A stretch of 45,089 nucleotides of DNA, the filler included, from Catajapyx aquilonaris (lineage: Eukaryota): the NCBI GenBank assembly GCA_000934665.2. It is 2 parts of 2 records of this genome, joined end to end, with 100 filler letters (N's around TTAATTAATTAA, not from the genome) between each part and the next. Parts side by side here need not be neighbours in the genome. Positions count along the whole stretch, not along the records: positions 22,598 to 45,089 come from JYFJ02005870.1; 1 more part is not named here. One strand, 5' to 3'. The translations under genes were made by a program, and so were the position numbers. This document shows positions 36,675 through 45,089 of the stretch, piece by piece (position 1 is the stretch's first letter; every line of letters begins with the position of its first letter). The notes beneath the pieces are model-generated. The model was not told the origin of the DNA. It ran no database searches and worked only from the letters and a program-made list of their open reading frames with translations.

Positions 36675-38060
36675 TATATCAGGCAATTTCAGGAAGGGGA
36701 GGGGGTGGATAGCCTAAATAATCCATCACATTTTTTGATACCAAAAGTACAGTATCATCAGTTACAAATAATTCTGATGAACCAAGTCCACAGTTCAAGA
36801 TGGGGAGGAGTTGGAGAAGATATGGATTGTTTATTCCACCAGTTCCTTTTGTTTTTAGCAACAATCAGAGCCATGTTCACTTATCGTCAACTAGGAGTAT
36901 GCTTGTGCTTTATGCAGGTTCACATCTCCAGTGACATTTTTTGTGTGGGGATACTTGTGCGTGTCGGAAGAGATCAGGCTGCCTATTTCCTTGTTCCTCA
37001 CAGGGCCAATGGCCCATCCACCTCTTTACCTGCTGGCTGTCCCTGTGGCCAGCACTCCACCGTGCCATCACCATCCTTTCTTCCTCTCCCTACCTTTGCT
37101 TGGTTCTTCCTGTCCCCTAGGTCATTCATCCTTTCCTAACTGTGTGGTGTGAGTGACTGGTGACTGGGACAGAATGGGGTTTATGCCACTAATTCGAGGG
37201 ATTATCAGTATTGCTATTCCCTTCTGTTCATGTAATTGGCTCTAACAGCTGATGCCGCTGCTTATCTGTCTATGAATGCCAAACGCCAGCTTGCTTCTTC
37301 CAGTGGTCGCCTTATTTTTCCCATCCCCAACATGCGTGCATGCACACACACACACATACTCAGGACCCTGGAAATCTACCAGATGGAAGGACATTGTGAT
37401 TTGTGTAAAAGATTATGTTTCTTCTACAAACTGGTTTCTGTAGTAAACAATTAATAACTTCTCTCACCTCCCCTGTCAGTGGAGTTAATGCACCACCCTG
37501 TATTATCCTCTCACACCTGTTGTCTTCCAAGAAGTTATGCTAACTATATGTGCATGTCTTGTCATGGGCATCGTTCATAGGTTGGGTGGTTGATGTGTGT
37601 GTCATATGCATTATTAACTGTTATTTCTGAAACTGACCAAATTTTTGAGAGAAGAACAATCAGGAGAACATGAGCACTTGGGAAGTTTCATTAGTAACTG
37701 AAGGTGTAACACAAATTATGGGCACTCTGCTTTGCACTCTGTTTTAATGCACCTTGTCTCATTCACAAAGTATGTCTATTTGGTGGGTCTGAGAGATTAG
37801 ACAAAATAGATGTACCCAATAAGTCCTGAGTTAGCAGCATGGGGTGACTTCAGACAAAAAAAAATCTGAGGAGAGGTCCCCATCTTCTGCAGTTAAATTC
37901 ATTCCTTTCTATCCAGTTGTTTATGAGCAGCTGACTTTTTAAAATGCAATATTTGGAGTCAAACTTTAAAATTAGATGCACAATAAAAGGTGAAAAAATT
38001 CTTCTCTGGCAAAGAAGCATAAAATGGATGTATTTTGTGAGTGACCCAGTACTCGTATTG

Positions 38061-38337
38061 TACCATGCTAGACATTAATGGTAGAGTACTGACAGCGACA
38101 TTTTCAAAGGTGGCAGAAGAGCACATCAAAATGATGAAGTACGAGCCGTGCGAGTAACAAATAGTAGGCCACGGGTGACATCACCGGTGGGCTCAATTGT
38201 AATGCACCAGCCGGTGACATCACCCGGGGACAACCATTTATTACTCGCACGGCTCGTACTTCATCACTTTGTTGTGCTCTTCTGCCGCCTTGGAAAATGT
38301 CGTGTCAGTACTTAACCATTAATGTCCAGCACTGTAC
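38061..38337. mobile_element. ~280-bp foldback MITE (TA...cactg-TA)
   Basis: gacattaatgg/ccattaatgtc, ggcagaagagcaca/tgtgctcttctgcc, gatgaagtacgagccgtgcgagtaa/ttactcgcacggctcgtacttcatc. Confidence 0.8.
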
Positions 38338-38400
38338 ACTTGATGTTAACTGTACACGATGGGTTCTAAACCTCTTTAACCTTACTGTTTTATTTTTCAG

Positions 38401-38577
38401 TTGATGCAGATGAAATTAAGCGATTGGGAAAACGCTTCAGGAAGCTTGATTTGGACAATTCTGGTTCCTTGAGTATAGATGAATTTATGACTCTGCCTGA
38501 ATTGCAACAAAATCCTTTAGTTCAAAGGGTCATAGACATATTTGATGCAGATGGAAATGGAGAAGTGGATTTTAAAG
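38401..38577 (+). CDS. CanB: Calcineurin B, coding exon 3 (EF-hands 1-2)
   Basis: (F)[58 protein letters not shown]; tttcag acceptor, G|gtaagc donor. Confidence 0.97.
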
Positions 38578-38674
38578 GTAAGCTTCATTTTGTTGCATTT
38601 CTAACCTTTAATAATATATAATAAGGATGGGTTCTTTCCTTGTAACATATTTACCGCCTTCCTTCAGATATTTA

Positions 38675-39748
38675 CGAGGAGTGATCAAAAAGTAAGGTCT
38701 CCAAGGCTGTAACCTTTATTCTGTATGAAGACAAATGACGAAACTTACAGGGTACATGAGGACAATGGACATCTACTTTTTTTTTTTTTATGTAGTATTT
38801 TTATTTATTTATTTTATTTATTTAATACCCTTTACTGGCCTACTTGGCCTTAAGGGGCACTCTACCGGCGTTACAAACAATAACATAAACAGGAGCAACA
38901 TCATCAACTAAGAATTCTCGCTATATCACACTGTGAGCATCAGAAAAAGAAAGTTTTTTTTTTGTTTGTTTGTTTGTTTTTTAAAGTGAGGAAAGAAAAA
39001 ATTGAATAATGGACATCTACTTTTATACATAGTTTCCACACCGAAGAACGCACTTATCCCATCGCCAGACCAGTTTCTCAATCCCTTCCCAATAGAAAGG
39101 GGTGCCCTGTTGACAGCACCAGTCACGCAGCCTTCTTCACCTCATCGTCGCTTCAGAAATGCTGACCTGCCATGTCTGCTTTCAGGGCTCTGAATAAGTG
39201 ATAGTCTGTGAGGGCTAGGTCGGGACTAAATGGTGGGTGAGGAAGTTGCGACTATCAATTCGGAGCGCAGTGACCCTGGCGAAGTTGCAGAAGGCCATCA
39301 GGTGGAAACGACCAGGATTGCTCACTGCTGGGGTCATCCTTCTCCACGACAACGCCCGTCCAGACACATCGAGGGACACCATGGTTTTGCTGAATGGATA
39401 CGACTGGGAAGTTCTTCCTCACACACCCTATAGTCCCGACCTAGCCCTCACAGACTATCACTTATTCAGAGCCCTGAAAGCAGACATGGCAGGTCAGCAT
39501 TTCCGAAGCGACGATGAGGTGAAGAAGGCTGCGTGACTGGTGCTGTCAACAGGGCACCAGGGCACCCCTTTTTATTGGGAAGGGATTGAGAAACTGGTCT
39601 GGCGATGGGATAAGTGCGTTATTCAGTGTGGAAACTACATAGAAAAGTAGATGTTCATTGTCCTCATGTACCCTGTAAGTTTCGTCATTTGTGTTCATAC
39701 AGAATAAAGGTTACAGCCTTGGAGACCTTACTTTCTGATCACTCCTCG
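38675..39748 (+). mobile_element. mariner-derived foldback element (two inverted 3' ends) with a transposase C-terminal fragment
   Basis: TA-cgaggagtgatca...tgatcactcctcg-TA; 39237-39536 encodes KRPGLL...LLHDNARP...PYSPDLALTDYHLF; 38675-39228 is an inverted copy of 39431-39748. Confidence 0.9.
38781..39007 (-). mobile_element. Short retroposon-like insertion in the mariner left arm, with a 17-bp TSD
   Basis: aatggacatctactttt at 38764-38780 and 39008-39024; insert starts with poly-T/(TTTA)n and is absent from the opposite arm. Confidence 0.7.
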
Positions 39749-39814
39749 TATATGCCAAATCCAAAGTATGAAAAGAGGAAAAGAGGTAGACAGCACTATT
39801 ATCGAGAAGATGCC

Positions 39815-39815
<1 letters not shown>

Positions 39816-39854
<39 letters not shown>

Positions 39855-39888
39855 TTATTATTATTATTATTGTTATTATTATTATTAT

Positions 39889-39930
<42 letters not shown>
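39816..39930. repeat. (TAT)n followed by (AAT)n, an inverted AT-rich microsatellite
   Basis: Direct reading; the orientation switches at ~39890. Confidence 0.9.
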
Positions 39931-39950
39931 TCATCATCATCATCATAAAT

Positions 39951-40680
39951 TATAACCTCACTTATAGCGGCATGCCGGTATGAGGCGATGTTTTCACTTA
40001 CATTATCCTTTCATAATTTGCCTAAAATTGAAATCCATGAAAAGGCTAATCCAAGTGGCACATTTTCCAAATATAGGCCTACCGTTTCCAATTAAGGGTC
40101 AATAGTGAAAAAAAGTGCAATTCTTGTCCCAGTTAATTTCTGGACTTAATGTACTTAATGTAACATCTGAAAACCAGATAACATACGAGGGTGGATCAAA
40201 TGAAACCCGAATGTGGTGTCTGGACCGGATACTACTTAAGGCATGGATTTGAAACTGCCAACACAGGAAGATCGAAGATGGTATTGACACCTATTGGCAT
40301 GAGTCAGAATCTTCGCACGCATACCATGGCCACATGCATTCCAAGATGGCGTGCTCCCTATCTCACGTATCCCAGAGGGATCAGCGCATTGTCATTCAAT
40401 TTTTGCTGGCCGAAGGCAATACACCAGAGCAAATTTATCGGAGGATGCTTCCAGTGTACGCAACAGAACTTGCATTTTATCACAGGCCTGAACTTGCCTG
40501 TTTTTCACCATAACATTATTTTAGTACAGTACTAGAAGCATTCCAAAATATTTGACAAGCATCAGAATTGTGGAAATTTACCTCGGTTATTGCGACATCC
40601 CGGTCACGCCTGGGTTATACTGGCATGCTGGTCGACCTCATTTGATACTGGCATGCCGCATTAAGTGAGGTAATGCAGTA
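39951..40680. mobile_element. pogo/Tigger-like MITE hosting a mariner 5' fragment
   Basis: acctcacttatagcggcatgccggtat versus atactggcatgccgcattaagtgaggt. Confidence 0.55.
40186..40460 (+). mobile_element. mariner 5' fragment (TIR and N-terminal HTH)
   Basis: TA-cgagggtggatcaaatgaaa; from ATG 40346 MACSLSHVSQRDQRIVIQFLLAEGNTPEQIYRRMLPVY, then homology is lost. Confidence 0.75.
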
Positions 40681-40746
40681 TTATTATTTAAACTGGTTTA
40701 TTTTCTGACAAGAGAGTTATGCCATCTTGTGGGAGAAGCATTATTG

Positions 40747-40960
40747 CAGTGGTTTCCAACCTTTTACCAACTGCGACCCGCTAAACATGTTTCCATAAAT
40801 GTGCGACCCCCCCCCCCCCCCCNCCCCCGGCCCCTTCTACAACTGACCCATTTCCAGAAAACATACACTGTGCAGCCGCAAAAATGGTTCAATTTAAACA
40901 GAAATTGCAAAAAAAAAAATGTTGAACAAAGGCTCGCGACCCCCACGTTGGAAACCACTG
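40747..40960. mobile_element. hAT (Charlie-like) MITE with a perfect 8-bp TSD
   Basis: CATTATTG-cagtggtttccaac ... gttggaaaccactg-CATTATTG. Confidence 0.9.
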
Positions 40961-41350
40961 CATTATTGCATAGAAAACCTTCCCTGCACCATTTCTACAC
41001 TACCACTTACTGTACTTCCACCACACATACTTCAATTTCAACCACAGTCCTCAGCTTTCCTCTACCTCCCTCTCCTCAGGTTGGGAAGTGAGTGGTACAG
41101 GGTAGATATCAAGTGGTATGACACATTTTTTTATCATGACAGGACTCTCTGGTCAGGCAATAATGCTAATTTCAACTAGATTGCTTCGTTAATTAGGTAG
41201 TGCTGACCTTGTATGACATGTTGAAAGGACCTTCATTTATTTTGTAATGATTTTGATACTTGTTGGAACCTTTTGAAACATTTACAGTTGCCTCATCTTA
41301 ATTTCTTGTTGTGCTTAAAATTCTTAAGAGAACTTTTGAGGATAAAAATC

Positions 41351-41425
41351 TGGTATGGGCTTAAGAGAGAGAGAGAGAGATGTCTCATCTCTCTCTCTCT
41401 CTCTCTCTCTCTTAAGCCCATACCA
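41351..41425. repeat. Hairpin of (GA)n/(TC)n closed by a unique inverted repeat
   Basis: tggtatgggcttaa(ga)n ... (tc)n ttaagcccatacca. Confidence 0.85.
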
Positions 41426-41477
41426 CATTACTGGGGCAGACGTATTGTTGCAAGCTACACTTGTTGTTCTTGCCTAA

Positions 41478-41886
41478 AGGCCTGTTTCCACTGGCATAAT
41501 TTTTCAGCACAAAATCAAACTGTTTGGAATTATTCCAAAGTACAAAAATTTGAACTTTTCACAAAATAATTGTGCCTGGCACAAAATGGAAATACAAGAT
41601 GCCAAACAACGGTGGACTTATCATAATTATTTTGCGATAATTCAAGCACAATTGACTGTTAAATTAAGCTAACCGATTTTCGGACGGTTCAGTTTAAATC
41701 AAATACATTCGGAACTTTGGGTGCTCCCTTCCGAGCACTCCTTTTCAGTTTCTTTTTATGAAAAGAACAAAAATTGTCCTGGTTGGAACAGGTGTTTTTT
41801 GTGCTGCACAGAAATCATCAAGAAAACAAAATTGTTCTTGCATATATTTTATCCAGAACAAAAATTATGCCGGTGGAAACAGGCCT
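41478..41886. mobile_element. PIF/Harbinger (Tourist-like) MITE
   Basis: TAA-aggcctgtttccactggcataatttt ... aaaattatgccggtggaaacaggcct-TAA. Confidence 0.85.
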
Positions 41887-41908
41887 TAAGTTTAGTTCTT
41901 GTTATTCA

Positions 41909-42489
41909 TACCTCTGGGATCAAGAATTTCCCAGAATGCACCAATTACTCCACTACCTTGAGTAGAGAGACAGCGGTTGTAGATGTAACTTCATGCAATC
42001 CTAATGAGCCAGTTTGCCCAGTGGCATCGTCCTGAGTATGTCTGAACATGTGTGCACGTGATTTTGTGATCACCAGTTACTTCTTCATGCAGGCACATTA
42101 ATGAACATGCACCATGGCTTCTGACACCCGACCAGAAACAGTGCCACCTCAACGTGTCCCGGAGCTTTGAGAAACTCTAACAAATTTCACAACAGGCTAT
42201 GAAAGTTGTCTTAGCAATCTTCACAGTGGAAAAGCCGAGAAAAGCCTACTTGAATCACTTGATCCACACAGAGTGCTCATTTTTTCCAGCATCACAGGAT
42301 CGCCGAAAAGCCATAACATTTGTTCACAAAATTGCATGTGACACAAATTCAGATGTATACACAGGACAATGCCACTTGGTAAACTGACTCATTAGGATTG
42401 TTTGCAGTAACACCTACAAGCTCGTCTCTCTACTTGTCAAGGTAGCCGAGTAATTGGTGAATTCCGAGAACTTTTTGATCCTACGGGTA
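41909..42489. mobile_element. ~580-bp decayed foldback element
   Basis: caccaattactc/gagtaattggtg, agtagagagac/gtctctctact, caatcctaatgag/ctcattaggattg; TA-bounded ends. Confidence 0.7.
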
Positions 42490-42539
42490 CCAGCAAAGGA
42501 AATTAATTGTTCTAACTCAAACTATTTTGTAATTTGCAG

Positions 42540-42661
42540 AATTCATTCAAGGTGTCTCCCAGTTCAGTGTCAAGGGTGACAAGGAGTCCAAGCTCAGGTT
42601 TGCATTCAGGATTTATGACATGGATAATGATGGATACATCTCAAATGGAGAACTGTTCCAG
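42540..42661 (+). CDS. CanB: Calcineurin B, coding exon 4 (EF-hand 3)
   Basis: (E)[40 protein letters not shown]; ttgcag acceptor, CAG|gttagt donor. Missed by the ORF track, which shows another frame. Confidence 0.97.
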
Positions 42662-42778
42662 GTTAGTAAAGAACCGTATGAGTTGTTGCAGCAAGGTCAT
42701 TCCAAAATTAATTGTTTATAAAACAGTCTGCATTTATACCGATAGTTAGATCAGAGGTAGCTATTCTTGAGTACTTAA

Positions 42779-44175
42779 CCCCTTCGCTACCAGATAGGCC
42801 CGAACCATGTAGATTTTGACTTAAGAGTACTCTGAAGATACGGACAAGATATTTTACAAATAATAACAGCTACACTTACGAGATCAGGGAAAACAGTATG
42901 AATGAGTCTGGAACAATTTTACTCGTCTAGAAGTCCCTAAATTAATTTCCAAAAAAGGCTATAAAAACTGGAAATCCGAGTACTGCCGAACAACTGTTAG
43001 GCTGATTTAATTATGCAATGCGTGAAAATATGTGGAATAACAACCTTGAGAACCATGCCAGACGAATTTGCTTAGATTGTCGCACTTTGGGAGATATAAA
43101 TTAATACTTATTTGCAGCTTTCTGGCACTTTGGAAAACTACCAAATTTATTTGCCATGTCATTTTTTCGATTACAAACTTACATGAACAATAAAATCAAA
43201 ATAAGGGTGTAATTGAATCGACCAGTCAGACCTGTACCAGTGGCTTAATTGTCACCAGAGGATCATGTTATGTAGAGGAGTCATTATGTCTGGGCAGCCT
43301 CATTACTGAGATAATTGCCTTCAAACGACAAGTACAAAGTATCCTGGGAGGTATGGAAACCTTCAGCCCCGAAATCGCATCACCGGTCAAATAATACCAA
43401 CTTTTTCATTTGGCTACTAGCATGTCGCATGGCACACACCAGCACACACTGACACGCACTTGTCACTGCTATTTGACAATCACTCTTAGGCCCAGTCACT
43501 AAATAGCAAGTGATCAATTATCTCAGTAATGAGGCTGCCCAGACATAATTACTCCTCTACACAACATGATCCTCTGGTGACAATTAAGCCATGGGTACAG
43601 GTCTGACTGGTCAATTCAATTACACCCTGTATAAATGCATCCTAAATTCGGCCAGGACTATAAGTGGGAGATACAAAAAAAAAAAAAAATTACCTCCTCG
43701 GAGCCTTGGTTCACTCATGAGGTGCTGTTGACTGTTTACCCGTATCCCACGTTCATGACCCAGCCTGTTCCCAGGAAAAATTCCGCAATTGACAAGATTC
43801 CGTTATACTCCGGGTCTGTTATGGACAGGTTTCACTGGATGTACAATACTATACATGGATAATTTTTCTTTCCACCTGTGCGATTTTTTATACATGCTAC
43901 ATCATGAATTTGCAGTGTCTATTTAGGGCCAGAAAAAACTGGTCACTAATTTGAAACGTCAGATCCTTTTAGGACCCCAAGACGACTAGTGAGCGTTTAA
44001 ATGACGTTTACTCGCTTAAAATTTTTTTCGTTGCTCGTAATTTTTTTACAGTTGTCCAAGTATATATTTGAGGAATACAGGTGTGGGATTTTTCATTTTG
44101 ACAAAAACTTGCTTCAGGGTGATGACATAAGTGTACCCTGGGGTCCTCAAAGGACCCCACATTTCAAGTGAAGGG
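42779..44175 (+). mobile_element. piggyBac-like non-autonomous element filling most of CanB intron 4
   Basis: TTAA-ccccttc ... gaaggg-TTAA; left end homologous to 22598-22694. The TIR match is short, so the right boundary is less certain. Confidence 0.6.
43203..43629. mobile_element. Tc1/mariner-type MITE with ~115-bp TIRs nested in the TTAA element
   Basis: agggtgtaattgaat...cattactgagataattg versus caattatctcagtaatg...attcaattacaccctg-TA. Confidence 0.85.
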
Positions 44176-44285
44176 TTAAGAATAAGAAAACTGTTTACAT
44201 GTGGTTATGTACTGAATTAGTTCAAAGTGACCTCCAAGTAATACTGCAGCTGAGCAAGCAAATAGTAATGTACCATTTGTTGCAG

Positions 44286-44408
44286 GTTCTGAAGATGATG
44301 GTTGGGAACAACCTCAAAGACACCCAGTTGCAGCAAATTGTCGACAAAACTATCCTTTTTGCAGACAGAGATGAAGATGGGAAAATATCATTTGAAGAAT
44401 TTTGCTCC
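44286..44408 (+). CDS. CanB: Calcineurin B, coding exon 5 (EF-hand 4); the final exon lies beyond the window
   Basis: [41 protein letters not shown]; ttgcag acceptor, TCC|gtgagt donor. The five exons total 465 nt (155 aa) with no stop. Confidence 0.97.
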
Positions 44409-44772
44409 GTGAGTATTTTAGCATATCTCAGAAGAATACAATTGTACAAGGGTCACTGAACTGGGAATTAAATGGACGGATTTGTGGGAATATCTTGCGT
44501 GAATATTCACATAACTGTACAAAGAAGCTTCCCCATGCTTTTTTGTATCAACATGATGCATTTATATTTGTGTATGATCATTATGGGAAAGCAAAAAATT
44601 GAAATACATGCAGAAATATGGGTAATTTTGCCAAGAGGAAGTCTTGGCTACATAGAGCAGTCCTTACACATGTACTATATCACTCAAACCCTCAAACAGT
44701 TCAAATGAATCATGGAACTCGAAACCGTGCTGTTGCATTTGCAAGATAAACCAAACCCGGCCTTATTGAACG

Positions 44773-45089
44773 AAGCCTATAATAACGAAAATACAGATCT
44801 GACATGCATGATATTGGTATCCCCAGAAAGATGCTGCGAAACTGTCGACATACCAGATGGTACGACCCCCTTGAGTTGAACGACGACTGAATGGCATCTG
44901 TACGGTGATCGGTAGTAGTACACACACACACACACACACCCACACACCCCACTTGCAACTCACCCCAAACATAGTGCCGTTTTAGGTTCCACGGGGTCAC
45001 ACCACCTGGTATGGCAACAGTTTCGCTGCATCTTTCTGTGGATACCAATATCACACACGGGAGATCTGTATTTTCGTTATTATAGGCTT
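44773..45089. mobile_element. Foldback MITE with (CA)n in the loop, running off the right edge
   Basis: 28-bp perfect aagcctataataacgaaaatacagatct / agatctgtattttcgttattataggctt plus inner pairing (tattggtatcc/ggataccaata). Confidence 0.8.

Noticed and set aside
39614..39983. ORFs with poly-I/L/N/Y tracts (also 13058-13351 and 10663-10971)
   Set aside because: Translations of trinucleotide microsatellites.
1..45089. Prokaryotic-type systems (CRISPR array, operons, rRNA, intact transposase or reverse transcriptase genes)
   Set aside because: No regularly spaced repeat-spacer array, no rRNA similarity that I recognise and no full-length mobile-element ORF; the window is spliceosomal eukaryotic DNA.

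Overview
Eukaryotic, most likely arthropod, genomic DNA (spliceosomal GT-AG introns, AT-rich, dense in transposon relics). It holds three gene regions. (1) 1-10.85 kb, minus strand: a tandemly duplicated cluster of divergent ionotropic receptor (IR, iGluR-family chemoreceptor) genes. One copy is intact as far as visible and runs off the left edge; the others are frameshifted, internally deleted or fragmentary. (2) 22.97-30.19 kb, minus strand: elongation factor 1-gamma (eEF1G), five in-phase coding exons with a 5'TOP/TCT pyrimidine tract; its last ~90 codons are missing beyond an artificial 100-nt assembly linker at 22498-22597. (3) 31.17-44.41 kb, plus strand: calcineurin B, five coding exons with the last exon outside the window, head-to-head with eEF1G across ~1 kb. 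Introns and intergenic DNA contain many non-autonomous DNA transposons and foldback elements (mariner, Tc1, pogo, hAT, Harbinger, piggyBac-like, Kolobok-like, a TGT..ACA Ginger-like palindrome) and a tRNA-derived SINE. A weak candidate spliced non-coding transcript lies at 12.3-16.85 kb. I see no convincing wholly new biological system. The best leads are the IR birth-and-death cluster, a Ginger-like palindrome nested in an older foldback, a mariner foldback built from two 3' ends, and a possible transposon-supplied branch point in eEF1G. All family assignments come from recognising motifs by eye, not from database searches.
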